Origin: a virus
DNA: 64,000 bases
Reading direction: 5' to 3' (one strand)
IMG/VR virus record: IMGVR_UViG_3300010885_072825
Location: 1-64,000 of that record
Shown here: in pieces, positions 35,131 to 45,114 of the stretch
Numbering within the stretch: position 1 is the stretch's first letter
Layout: every line of letters begins with the position of its first letter
Translations under genes and position numbers: made by a program
The notes under the pieces: generated by a model
Seen by the model: only the letters and a program-made list of their open reading frames with translations
The model's database searches: none
What the model was told of the DNA's origin: nothing

Positions 35131-37796
35131 TTTAGTTTTGTCTTCTTCAGTGATTGAATTGTATTTTTGAAATTATCAGGATTGATTAATACTGATTCAT
35201 TTAGTAGTTTCCCATTTAACGATACCCAAAAATCACGAGCTTTTTGAGATTCAAAAAATTGACTTTTACGAGTCTTGTTTTCTGTCCAAATAATACCCCA
35301 TGGAGTTTTTGCAGATTCAGCTACTAAATTAATGTCAGACAAAACTCGTTGCTTCTTATTAAGAAGTTTGACAGATTCCTGTATTAAACTAGACAGCGTT
35401 GCTTTGATTGCTCGGTTTTCTTGAACAATCTTTAATTTCTTGCCTTCGAGTACGTCAGCCTCAATACCTTGTCCAAATCCCAAAAGATCAGGCTGGTTAT
35501 TTTCATTTAGGCGGCGAGCATAAGTTTTTCTATGTTCTTCTAATTTTTGATCCAAATTACGAATAGCTTGTTGATTAAGCTTGGTAACAGTTTCAAGCCT
35601 AGAAATTCTTTTTAGCGGTGCAACTTTTAGGAGTGATTCATAAATCGCTTTTGCTCGGCGATTTTCTGCTCCAGTTGATGTTCCACCAGTTCGGTTAAAT
35701 TCTCGTTGTGCCTGCATTTTTGCAAACAATTTAAGTGACTCAGTTAGTGTTCGACCTTCATCTGCCATGTGTGCCACGTGGTGATGTCCATCTTCATCAG
35801 TTCCCAAATGACCCCAATCAGAATTTAATTCCAGCCACTTGTTGCAATCTGCTACTGAATGGAATACTTTGGTATCAAACCGTTTGCCATATGACATGAA
35901 TGTTCCTGATTTGGGAGCAATTTTTGTTTCTTCATGATTACGACGATATTTGATATCAAGAGATAAGACGTCTCCCTTGTGCTTACTCAACCAATCTTGA
36001 TATGCTTCAAAAGTTTTGAATTCAACTTCTCCCTTTTGTCCAGATGCAGTCAAATATGTCACTGTGATTTTTGATATTTCATTTTTAAATTCTGTATCTG
36101 CTATTGACTCAGTAAGTGGTTCTTCAGCGCTGAGTTTCTTTTTGCCATCTTCTGGTTCCAGAGACCAGCCACCTTCACCTTTTTCAGACTGAGGATGTTC
36201 GGCCTTCTTATTTCTTCCCAAAGGCGAATTAGTTGGGCCTGAATCTGGTCCCATGCCTGTAAAATCATCAGTTGGCATCTTTTTTTGTTTTGGTTCTTTT
36301 CCACCCATGTCACTGGAATCATCCATTCCGCCCATGTCCCATTCAGGTGCTTTGGCAGAATCCAAGTCAGTAGCAGCAGTAGGAACCTGTCCAGATTGCA
36401 GGCTCATGATAGCATTATCAGTTGCATCTTTCGCTGTAATTGCAGTTTGAAGAAGCGTATCAAGTTGAGCTTTGACAATTTCATTAAAGCTTTGCGCAAT
36501 CTCTATACCAAATTGACGTTTCATAACATCTACCAATGGCATGAGATCTTCAACTCCCATTTTAGCAGATTGTTCTGCTATTTTCTGCAAACGGTCACTG
36601 ATGTCTTGTGCAGCAAGTAGAGTCTGTGCATTAGCAATTTCATCAGTGGGGCGATTGGCAATGCCCATTCTGCCATAACTGGCTTCTCTTAATTTTCTCA
36701 TGTTGGTGGCTTTCTGATTTGATTTGTTTTTCTCTCCTAATACTGTGCCTTGTACTTGTGCAGCTTGTGGTACAGGATTTGAAGTTACAGTCGTAGTAGT
36801 TGGGGCAGTATTTGGTTTTGCGACTACTGTATTTGTAGATGGTGCTGCATTTGCGGCTCGTGCTGGTTGGTTTGGTGGCGGTGGAGGAACAAGTACTTCT
36901 TCATCCAATTCACCATCCTGCCATTTTACGCCCTGCATATCACGCGGGTAAGTGGATTTTAAATGTTGAATTATTTTGGCATTATCCCAAGCAGGATTCA
37001 CTGAAGCGATTAACGTAGTTGCTGGAAGTTGTCCTTTGGTGTCAACCAAACAAATGTCTGTACGAGGTTTTCCAGTCACTCGATCTTTTAAAACCTTGCC
37101 TGTTTTTCCAGTTTTGACTTTTTGAATTTGCAGCGCAGTGCCTGTAAAATAACCCAGTATATGACTATCTGTTTTATAAACTGTTGAATTATTTTCTGGA
37201 TCTTGAGTTTCCATCACGTCTTCTGGTATTTCTTGCACTATGATTTTGATATTAAATCGTTCTTGGTCTACAAAATTATATCGACCTTTGTTATTACCCA
37301 GATCCTTGTATTCGCAAGTGTCAACGTTGAATAGACTCAATGACATGTCACCAGTTTCTGAACTATAATCATCTATAGCAAATTCCACTGCATGCACGTC
37401 ACTGGGAGCCATAAGATCCACATTAAAAATTTCCTTCTGATCACGATAGATTGTTACACCATAATGGTTACCTGGGAGATCATCACCTTCGGGTGTGACA
37501 AAAGATTCCTGGATGTTTTTCTTCGGACGGCGCTTGGGTGCTATTTCTTTGAGATATATTTTGCAGGCTTCTAAAATCAACATTGTTGCCGCGTAACGTG
37601 GATTAGTCATATAACTGTTGAAAGAGCTGGATCCAACAATCTGCTTTTTTTCAATTTCAGTGGTTTCTTGAAGGTGTAAAATTTGATCAATAGTGCGTTT
37701 GGCAAAATTGATTCGAATGCCATGTGTTTCATTCAATGTTTTTAGAATCTTTTGTAATTTGTAATTGCCGCCAGATCCAATATTATCCAAATTCAT
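35127..37796 (-). CDS. Large putative prohead core/scaffold protein
   Basis: 889 aa with low-complexity linkers and several L.E(S/A) motifs; late promoter upstream. Confidence 0.55.
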   Translation of the reverse strand: MNLDNIGSGGNYKLQKILKTLNETHGIRINFAKRTIDQILHLQETTEIEKKQIVGSSSFNSYMTNPRYAATMLILEACKIYLKEIAPKRRPKKNIQESFVTPEGDDLPGNHYGVTIYRDQKEIFNVDLMAPSDVHAVEFAIDDYSSETGDMSLSLFNVDTCEYKDLGNNKGRYNFVDQERFNIKIIVQEIPEDVMETQDPENNSTVYKTDSHILGYFTGTALQIQKVKTGKTGKVLKDRVTGKPRTDICLVDTKGQLPATTLIASVNPAWDNAKIIQHLKSTYPRDMQGVKWQDGELDEEVLVPPPPPNQPARAANAAPSTNTVVAKPNTAPTTTTVTSNPVPQAAQVQGTVLGEKNKSNQKATNMRKLREASYGRMGIANRPTDEIANAQTLLAAQDISDRLQKIAEQSAKMGVEDLMPLVDVMKRQFGIEIAQSFNEIVKAQLDTLLQTAITAKDATDNAIMSLQSGQVPTAATDLDSAKAPEWDMGGMDDSSDMGGKEPKQKKMPTDDFTGMGPDSGPTNSPLGRNKKAEHPQSEKGEGGWSLEPEDGKKKLSAEEPLTESIADTEFKNEISKITVTYLTASGQKGEVEFKTFEAYQDWLSKHKGDVLSLDIKYRRNHEETKIAPKSGTFMSYGKRFDTKVFHSVADCNKWLELNSDWGHLGTDEDGHHHVAHMADEGRTLTESLKLFAKMQAQREFNRTGGTSTGAENRRAKAIYESLLKVAPLKRISRLETVTKLNQQAIRNLDQKLEEHRKTYARRLNENNQPDLLGFGQGIEADVLEGKKLKIVQENRAIKATLSSLIQESVKLLNKKQRVLSDINLVAESAKTPWGIIWTENKTRKSQFFESQKARDFWVSLNGKLLNESVLINPDNFKNTIQSLKKTKLK

Positions 37797-37887
37797 TCTC
37801 TACCTTTTTGACAAAACTTTGCCTTTCTTGCGAAAACACAAAGAGTTTATATTGGTTATTTATGCCAATTGGAGGAATTTATTTTTT

Positions 37888-38553
37888 TCAAATGTTTTCA
37901 GCAATTGAACGAATGTTTTGTTTACATTCCATTGCCCGCTGCATACTTGCTTGGAAACGTGCTTCATACAAATCTATTTTTTCAAATAGATTCTTTTTTT
38001 CTGCTGTGCGAACTTTTCTTTTATATCCAAGCGCATCTATCTTGTGATTCGCATATCCGTTGTCATATTCAAATAACCGACTTATTTTTGGATTGTTCAC
38101 AAAATGACCAGAATTCAACAGCTTGACTACTGATAAAGCAGTTTCATAAAGAGTTACTTGTTCTGCAATAATATCACCGCTTCTAATATGGTAGATATTA
38201 TAATATTGTTTGCCAGCAACTCTGTTGGGATCTTCACAACGATCAATTTGATACTGCCCAACTTTTATTCCAGATGAATTAACACTAGTGGTAATAGCGG
38301 TTTGTATTTCGGTATTTCTAACTGACTCAGTTACTAAACTATCAGTTACATCATCAGTTATATTATTCAGTTTTGAAAGCAGGTCTGTCATTGCTGAAAT
38401 ATCACGCTTGGTGGGGCCACGTTCAAGGACAATGGGATCCTGTGCTTCTGACAAATTTATCGACATTCCTGGCAGTGGAGCAGGCGGTGGATCACCATTC
38501 AAAATTGCTCGTAAACGAGCCATTTCATAAACTTCCTGTGGAGTTACTGTCAT
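37888..38553 (-). CDS. Conserved hypothetical (head-region) protein
   Basis: 221-aa ORF in the late operon. Confidence 0.6.
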   Translation of the reverse strand: MTVTPQEVYEMARLRAILNGDPPPAPLPGMSINLSEAQDPIVLERGPTKRDISAMTDLLSKLNNITDDVTDSLVTESVRNTEIQTAITTSVNSSGIKVGQYQIDRCEDPNRVAGKQYYNIYHIRSGDIIAEQVTLYETALSVVKLLNSGHFVNNPKISRLFEYDNGYANHKIDALGYKRKVRTAEKKNLFEKIDLYEARFQASMQRAMECKQNIRSIAENI

Positions 38554-38783
38554 TAATCTCTCCTGACGTCTTCTAATCCATTGTAAGTAAAAACTAGTTG
38601 GTCTGCAATTTTAAATCTGTTGAATACACCTTTGACAACCAAGTTGCGAGCTACTTCCTGTTGTCTCTCATTCAATGCTCGTTTTTTAACAGGTTCAGGA
38701 CTTGACTTTACCTGTTCTACTAAAAGCAATTCTTCATTACTGACAACAACCAACATGTTGCCTTCTACTTCAATAAATTTCAT
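38553..38783 (-). CDS. Conserved small phage protein
   Basis: VSNEE..L...LNERQQEVARNLV.KGV pattern. Confidence 0.6.
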   Translation of the reverse strand: MKFIEVEGNMLVVVSNEELLLVEQVKSSPEPVKKRALNERQQEVARNLVVKGVFNRFKIADQLVFTYNGLEDVRRD

Positions 38784-39286
38784 TAGGGGGCGATCTTTGT
38801 CTTAAGCCATTCTGCTTCTTGTTTGGTAAGCGGCAATGTAACTTGACCATTTTCACTTATAAAATCAGCATCCGCAATTCTATTATTCAATTTACGATAA
38901 ATGTCTTTTTGCATTTGGTCAGTTTCTTCAGTGACGATTTCTTTGGGTTCTACGCCAGCCAATTGCATCATGCGATTGATGGGAGACAGGGATGTCATGC
39001 CCATTACCATTTCATCTAATTTAGTTAAATCTGATTTAGCAACCATTCGGAGTTTCCCTTCAAATAAAATACCTACTGTTTGACGTGGACCTTCTGGAAT
39101 TTTTACCTTCACTTCTGTATTTTGATAGATAACTGTTTCACGCTCTTCAAAAATACGATCCGCATTTTCTAAATTACGCAATTCAGCTTGCGAGAAATGA
39201 CGTTTGGCACGGCGGCTCCAACGATCTTGACGACTGTCATACAATCCTTCAGTTTCATTTAAATCAGTTTGTGTAAATTTTTTCAT
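38783..39286 (-). CDS. Hypothetical (head-region) protein
   Basis: RMMQLAG motif; LNE/LDE sites. Confidence 0.55.
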   Translation of the reverse strand: MKKFTQTDLNETEGLYDSRQDRWSRRAKRHFSQAELRNLENADRIFEERETVIYQNTEVKVKIPEGPRQTVGILFEGKLRMVAKSDLTKLDEMVMGMTSLSPINRMMQLAGVEPKEIVTEETDQMQKDIYRKLNNRIADADFISENGQVTLPLTKQEAEWLKTKIAP

Positions 39287-39458
39287 TGGTCGCATTCGGG
39301 TTCTCCTTGGTTAGTTGGATCAACAGGAAACATGGATTTATCATTTATAAATGAATTGGTAGTTAGATCCATTGGCTGTTTTATTTTTTTCAAAACACCA
39401 TTCTGTCTTACAAAAACAATTTTTTGATAAGTTATTTTAGTCAGTTCAGGATCAAGTA

Positions 39459-40175
39459 TCATATTTTATATCCCTGTCTATAATAACTTTCTTTTACTTC
39501 TTTTACTTTGGGTTTTATTTTATTAACCAATTCTCTAATAACAGGTAACCCTTTGATAAATTCATATACGCCAGCTAATTCTTCCTGTGTAATTTCACCA
39601 GATTTAATCTGTTGCAACACAATTTTAAGCTTTTCCATGAACCGAGTTTTGAATTCTTTCATCAATAGTTCACGAACCTGTTGCCAATCATTGGGTGTTA
39701 TTTGTTTATTTTTAACTCGTTCATACATTTCAATTACTAGATCAGCAAATGATTGATTACCATTATTAATCAATTCTTCATGTGCTGCCTTAATTGCTTG
39801 TTCAGGCCCAGTCAATGACTCAGTTGTTTCATCCATGCGATCTGATCGTTCTGATAAAAACCACAATGTTCTACCAGAAGCAATACCCATACAGGCACCA
39901 ACGGTAACAATAATAACCACTGCGACTGCACCTGCAATAAGTGAAATCGTAAATTGTACAATCCCTAGAAAAGTAGATATAATCACCCCCATCACAGCAA
40001 ATGCTACCCAAGCAGCAAATACACCGCCTCCAAACAGGATGGTAATTGCAGTTAATGATTTCAACAGACTTTCATGATCTTTGACTTTGTCAAGCATGTC
40101 ATCGATTCTATTACCAACAGTCGGATTTTTACTTTCAAATAAATCCATATATTTTCTGATTTCTTGACTGCTCAT
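39459..40175 (-). CDS. Protein with two transmembrane segments and a putative capsid-targeting N-terminus
   Basis: MSSQEIRKYMDLFES...; long hydrophobic hairpin. Confidence 0.6.
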   Translation of the reverse strand: MSSQEIRKYMDLFESKNPTVGNRIDDMLDKVKDHESLLKSLTAITILFGGGVFAAWVAFAVMGVIISTFLGIVQFTISLIAGAVAVVIIVTVGACMGIASGRTLWFLSERSDRMDETTESLTGPEQAIKAAHEELINNGNQSFADLVIEMYERVKNKQITPNDWQQVRELLMKEFKTRFMEKLKIVLQQIKSGEITQEELAGVYEFIKGLPVIRELVNKIKPKVKEVKESYYRQGYKI

Positions 40176-40248
40176 TAGATAATCCTATCATGCTTATAAT
40201 GCTTATTTATGTTTTTATTTCATTTTTATATCTAAAAACTCAGTCAAT

Positions 40249-40276
40249 AAAAAAGGCACTGTTGCCAGTGCCTTTT
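40249..40276. terminator. Intrinsic terminator
   Basis: AAAAAAGGCACTG-TTGC-CAGTGCCTTTT. Confidence 0.85.
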
Positions 40277-40296
40277 CTATACTCTAAATTATTGAA

Positions 40297-40902
40297 TTAG
40301 AGAACGTTGCTCAAAAGTGCAAGTGTATTGCGGTTTGTTGCACTCGCTGTTTCAAACACTGTGGTCTGAAGTACAGTTGAAGCTAAATCTACAACAGCAG
40401 TACCTTGAATTGCATCAAGCAGCTGGTAACCAGCTGCATTGGTGTTGTCTGTTGAAGTAGTAGCTTGTACCAACCATGGATTCAAACGGTCAGTAGCAAA
40501 TTTTACTGTGTAAACAGTAGCACTTGAACTATATGCTGATCCAAAAGCAGTTGAATAGCTGTAGCCAGTATAAGTAGCAGCAGCGGGGTTACCAACTGTA
40601 GCTGAAGATATGCTCATAGCAACCAGTGAAGCACGTTGAGAAAACATTTGAACTAGAGTGTTCAAGTTAGCTTGTTTGTTAAACGCGTCTTGATAAGATG
40701 CTTGGGTAGCATATGTTTGTGCTGTACCAGAACCATCTGTGATTGTGATTGAAACCCAACCAGAAGCAGGGATGTATAGATTTGCAACTGAAGTAGTAAC
40801 GTTGGTTTGTGCTACTGGAACGATAGTAGCTACGTTGTAGTAAGAAATATTACCGGTGATAAATTCGCCGGCTTTGGCATTGCCATTGACACGATCTGTC
40901 AT
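40297..40902 (-). CDS. Putative abundant virion structural protein
   Basis: MTDRVNG N-terminus; Thr/Ala/Ser-rich; own late promoter, strong RBS and terminator. Confidence 0.65.
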   Translation of the reverse strand: MTDRVNGNAKAGEFITGNISYYNVATIVPVAQTNVTTSVANLYIPASGWVSITITDGSGTAQTYATQASYQDAFNKQANLNTLVQMFSQRASLVAMSISSATVGNPAAATYTGYSYSTAFGSAYSSSATVYTVKFATDRLNPWLVQATTSTDNTNAAGYQLLDAIQGTAVVDLASTVLQTTVFETASATNRNTLALLSNVL

Positions 40903-40974
40903 TTTGCTCTCCTAAGATTAAAATTGCAAAGATTGTTGTTTGCAATGTTATTTATGCAAATGCTCTAGTTTGAG

Positions 40975-41415
40975 TTATTTGCCACGCTTTTTTCGCATTT
41001 TCTTTTCAGCTTGTTTAATATAGCCAAACAAGTTGGGCTCTCTACTGATGGTTTTACCATAGGGGGTTGCCACTGACGCAATGGATCCTGCACCGGTTGC
41101 GCCAGAACTTGCATCTTCAGATAACGGTGAGTGATTATCAGACATATTCAAATAAGACATTATTTGATCTGCTTTATCCAGGCTAATCAACTGATCATGA
41201 TCCTGTGTATTATATGGATGAGAATCCCATGCAACCGGGTCAATTATTTTTGCAATTGATTGACGATGCTCTTCTTGTTCAGGGGGGACTTCGTCTACCA
41301 GCAGGTCTTCTGGCTGAGGTTTTTCATCTGGAATTTTTGATTTTAAATCAGCATCAATAGATTCCAGTGATTCCATGATGCGTTTTATTTCAGATACTTG
41401 AGTTGGACGAGTCAT
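40975..41415 (-). CDS. Putative head protein
   Basis: LSEDASSGATGAGSIASVA motif; late promoter upstream. Confidence 0.55.
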   Translation of the reverse strand: MTRPTQVSEIKRIMESLESIDADLKSKIPDEKPQPEDLLVDEVPPEQEEHRQSIAKIIDPVAWDSHPYNTQDHDQLISLDKADQIMSYLNMSDNHSPLSEDASSGATGAGSIASVATPYGKTISREPNLFGYIKQAEKKMRKKRGK

Positions 41416-41494
41416 TGTATTCTCCTTAGCTTGTTATTTATCAGGATCTCAGTTTTCACATAAATAGTCTACAAAACCGAGGAATTTTTCTACG

Positions 41495-41749
41495 ATGAAT
41501 AGTATCATTGATGAACTTAATCGATCAGTACCCGCAAAAAACAAACATGTGGTTATTGAAAATCGAGCAAAACATGTTATTGCCAGTGTTCAAAATCTTG
41601 TGGAATTAATTCGGGACTATTACACACTTGAAGAATCTGAAGAATTGATCAAGCGGTTACAAAAAAGCATATTGACTGGAGATGACCGTAAATTTACTAG
41701 AAAAATAAATGAAATGAAAACTATTTCAAAGAGGCGAATAAATGACTGA
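41495..41749 (+). CDS. Conserved small phage protein
   Basis: SIIDEL...IENRA.HVI.S..NL...Y...L.KR...SI...D..KF pattern; CATAAATA upstream. Confidence 0.65.
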   Translation: MNSIIDELNRSVPAKNKHVVIENRAKHVIASVQNLVELIRDYYTLEESEELIKRLQKSILTGDDRKFTRKINEMKTISKRRIND

Positions 41750-42653
41750 CGCTGATCGACTTATTCTCTTGTTGGAAACACAACAATTAGATGAAATTTC
41801 CATACCTATTCCTGCAGGTATTCAAAATCTCATTAACAAAGCAGTTGATGCTCGTGCACGCTACAATCGAGATGCGGCCGCTAGAGAACATGCCAAAACT
41901 GAAAAAGCTGAATTAAACCGAAGTGTTAGAATAGTGTTCAATAAAATCATAGGTGACATGGAAAAGCAGATTGGATCAGATCGAAAATCCATGACATTAC
42001 AAACCATGACTTATAATTTCCTTTATAGAAAATTGATTCAATGGTGTGGTTATGAAAACTTAAAAGCAAATGACAAAATTTTTGTGAAAGTGTTAAAAAA
42101 TCCCATTGCATCAAAACTTGCTGCAATTGACCATTTCACACCCATATCACTTGCTATATTAAAATCAAACAATGTGATATCACAAGATCCACAATTTCGA
42201 AAATTTCGAAAGAATCCTAGACAAATTGACGCAGCTATAGCTGACTTGATTGAAGCGCTGATCACACTTACATTGGTTGAATTGGATGGAATGGAACATG
42301 GTGAAGACCTGCCTATTACAGACACTGTTGTTTTAAATAATACCAGTTACGCAAAAGAATCTGATGGATCCTGGTATGATGAAGCAACTGGTAAATCGGT
42401 GGTTGATAAAAGATTACTTGCAATCTTAAATAAAGCACATGGATTAAAAAATACTAATTTTGCAACGCATACAGTTAATTACGAAGGGGTCAATTATACT
42501 AAAGATCCAAAAACAGGTGTCTGGACAAGCGCGCCACAAAATATACCTGTTGAAAAATCACAATCACAACTAATTGACTTATTGAATGATTTACTTGCCC
42601 ATAAAACAGGAACGGAAGCAACCAGATCCGTAAACGACAATTTACCGAGATAA
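41742..42653 (+). CDS. Hypothetical protein
   Basis: 303 aa; C-terminal duplicated 'V...Y.K...G.W...LL..LN' module. Confidence 0.6.
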   Translation: MTDADRLILLLETQQLDEISIPIPAGIQNLINKAVDARARYNRDAAAREHAKTEKAELNRSVRIVFNKIIGDMEKQIGSDRKSMTLQTMTYNFLYRKLIQWCGYENLKANDKIFVKVLKNPIASKLAAIDHFTPISLAILKSNNVISQDPQFRKFRKNPRQIDAAIADLIEALITLTLVELDGMEHGEDLPITDTVVLNNTSYAKESDGSWYDEATGKSVVDKRLLAILNKAHGLKNTNFATHTVNYEGVNYTKDPKTGVWTSAPQNIPVEKSQSQLIDLLNDLLAHKTGTEATRSVNDNLPR

Positions 42654-42707
42654 CGACGTTTGACAAGCGGTCATCTACCAGCTATTGTATATTCAGGAGT
42701 GATTTAG

Positions 42708-43829
42708 ATGAGATTTGACCAATTAGTTTTGAAAACAGCACGAGTTCGCATTTCACATCCTGAGGATTTGATTTTTGATGCTGGTCTATCAGGCGCTGCT
42801 GCTGCTCTAAATATTCTGGAAACAACTGCTAAAACCCCCAATCAAATTTCCATTAAATTTGATGGATCCCCAGCGTTGATTTTCGGACGTGATGAACGTG
42901 GATTTTCTGCAATTGATAAGATTGAATTCAACAAGTTGCAATATGAATTGCCTAGATCAGGATCTGAATTAGCTGAAAGATTATTCAAACGTGTTCCAGA
43001 CCAACCTGGCCGCGCTGACTATGCTGCTGCTATTGGTGAAGTCTGGAGATATCTAGAACGCTTGATTCCTGAATCATTCCAGGGTTTTCTACAAGGAGAC
43101 CTTATGTGGGCAGGTGATGTTCCTGTGATAAACGGCAATTTTCAATTCAGTCCAAATAAAATTGTCTATAAGGTACCAGTTGGTTCCACATTGGGACAAC
43201 AGATTGCCAAAAGTCAAGTTGGGATCGCAATCCACAGCTATTATGAAAACCGTCAACAACACCAATCAACTGCGGTTGACGTTAATGAACTCAAGCTTAA
43301 TTCTGTGCCTGGGTTAGTAATCTTAGATCCAACAATCACAATCAATCAGCCACTCAATTGGCCAGTTGAATTGGGAAATCAGTTGCGAAATCTATTGACT
43401 ATCCATCAAGACCAGTTAACTGAATTTTTTGATCCAGTTGAATTGAAGAAGCATCAAATAAGTGACATGGCAAGCTATATGAAACGCTATGTTAATTTAC
43501 TGGCTAGAAATGGCAAACCAGCATTATATGCACACATTCAAAATTTTGAAAGCTGGATCATTTCAGACAATCTAAAAATCACTCGTAGAAAAGCAGCCAA
43601 CCTATATGCTTACTTTGCACAACATAAATCTACGGTAGCTGAAATTTGGCAAATCGTAGATCTAACTGTTCGAATCAAATATAATTTAAAAGCCCAGCTT
43701 GATAGAATTACAGATTCTCATATACATGCAGAACTACATGGCAAACCAGAACAAGAAGGGTTTGTTTCAGATACGAAATATGGAAAAATTAAGTTGGTTG
43801 ACCGATCTCAATTTATGCGAGAAGTCTAA
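42708..43829 (+). CDS. DUF6267-like nucleotidyltransferase/ligase-fold protein
   Basis: RISHPED, IKFDGSPALIFG (KxDG), QGDLMW, EGFV and KLVDR..F motifs. Confidence 0.7.
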   Translation: MRFDQLVLKTARVRISHPEDLIFDAGLSGAAAALNILETTAKTPNQISIKFDGSPALIFGRDERGFSAIDKIEFNKLQYELPRSGSELAERLFKRVPDQPGRADYAAAIGEVWRYLERLIPESFQGFLQGDLMWAGDVPVINGNFQFSPNKIVYKVPVGSTLGQQIAKSQVGIAIHSYYENRQQHQSTAVDVNELKLNSVPGLVILDPTITINQPLNWPVELGNQLRNLLTIHQDQLTEFFDPVELKKHQISDMASYMKRYVNLLARNGKPALYAHIQNFESWIISDNLKITRRKAANLYAYFAQHKSTVAEIWQIVDLTVRIKYNLKAQLDRITDSHIHAELHGKPEQEGFVSDTKYGKIKLVDRSQFMREV

Positions 43830-44200
43830 ACCTCATCAGACTTCACCAATGTTATGGTCCGTCGCTTAAGTCTTTTATTGGAAATTTCTGTTAGATTTAT
43901 CATGGGTCCTCCCATTATGGCACATTCTTTTCTAGCAAATACTCGCAAATAGGGTTTGAATTGCTGAAAACGATGTTTCAAAAATAAATTGATGGGTATG
44001 GATCGGTTGGATTCATACCACCAATCTTCCCCACATGATAGAAACTCCAGTTTTTGTTCTTCTGAATAATTGGGAGTAAGAACATACATGCTGATAAAAC
44101 TGTTGTCGGCATTTTGAATTATACCCACATAGACATTTTTCAAATATGAGATCATCGTGAGGAATGGAAATTTTTCTAAAAATTCAGAAGTTTCGGTCAT
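43826..44200 (-). CDS. Conserved hypothetical phage protein
   Basis: FPFLT...YVGIIQN...FL..GE.WW.ESNR.IPINLFL pattern. Confidence 0.65.
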   Translation of the reverse strand: MTETSEFLEKFPFLTMISYLKNVYVGIIQNADNSFISMYVLTPNYSEEQKLEFLSCGEDWWYESNRSIPINLFLKHRFQQFKPYLRVFARKECAIMGGPMINLTEISNKRLKRRTITLVKSDEV

Positions 44201-44227
44201 TGAAATCTTTATATAAAGTGAACTGTG

Positions 44228-44246
44228 TATTTATGCAGCATAAATA
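44228..44246. promoter_or_regulatory. Palindromic pair of divergent late promoters
   Basis: TATTTATGC-A-GCATAAATA between divergent genes. Confidence 0.7.
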
Positions 44247-44267
44247 ATGGCAAAAGAAAGTTTTTGA

Positions 44268-45083
44268 ATGTCCACAGTTTTTTTATTTCAAACCAGTGAT
44301 TTGATTCAATTGACTTGGGAAATAGACACAGTTAGGAACATAAATCTGCCAATGATACAGTACAACACAAAAATATATAAAGGTGTAACGAACAGTTTGG
44401 ATTTCCAAGTCAAAAATAATGATCGCAAAGCTATTAACTTGGCTGGATTGACATTAACTGTTAGAATCAATAACGTAGAAACCAGCGACGTTCTTTTAAC
44501 AAAAGCAGCCCAACTAACTGATGAACCCAATGGTCGAGCTCAACTCATATTAACTCCCACTGAAATTTCAGAATGGCCAGCGGGTTTCTACACCTACAAT
44601 GTGGAAACAACTGATACTAGCGGTATCAGTAGATTCTTATGTGTTGATTTAAATCGATCAATAACTGGAAATTTTGAATTAATTGATACTATTGGAAACA
44701 TCTTGGTTCCAGCAACCACTATAAAGGGTTCTCAATTTACACCACAGCCAATTGGCAGCTATAGTTCAATTTGGACAAGTACTGCTTTTCCTGGCAATGC
44801 ACAATTGGGGTTGCTAAATGGAATGCATACTTGTGTGGTTTATCAAACCAATTGGACTGGAAAATTTTGGATTCAAACCAGTTTAAACAATGATCCCCCT
44901 CGTGATTATGAATGGAGCAATTCTACGATAGGCACCGGCGGTGAAGACTATTATCTGTTTACAAATTCAACACCAGCAATTTGTTATTTCAATATTGTGA
45001 TATCATGCAATTGGATACGTTTCCGATTCCTACCTGACAGTTTAAACCAGGGAACATTTGACCAAGTCAGCTATAAATGTTGA
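44268..45083 (+). CDS. Putative virion structural (baseplate/neck-like) protein
   Basis: IYKGV.N.L.F.V.N.DRK Ig-like N-terminus; beta-rich C-terminal domain. Confidence 0.6.
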   Translation: MSTVFLFQTSDLIQLTWEIDTVRNINLPMIQYNTKIYKGVTNSLDFQVKNNDRKAINLAGLTLTVRINNVETSDVLLTKAAQLTDEPNGRAQLILTPTEISEWPAGFYTYNVETTDTSGISRFLCVDLNRSITGNFELIDTIGNILVPATTIKGSQFTPQPIGSYSSIWTSTAFPGNAQLGLLNGMHTCVVYQTNWTGKFWIQTSLNNDPPRDYEWSNSTIGTGGEDYYLFTNSTPAICYFNIVISCNWIRFRFLPDSLNQGTFDQVSYKC

Positions 45084-45114
45084 TTGATTAGATCAACATC
45101 CAGTATCATTTGGC

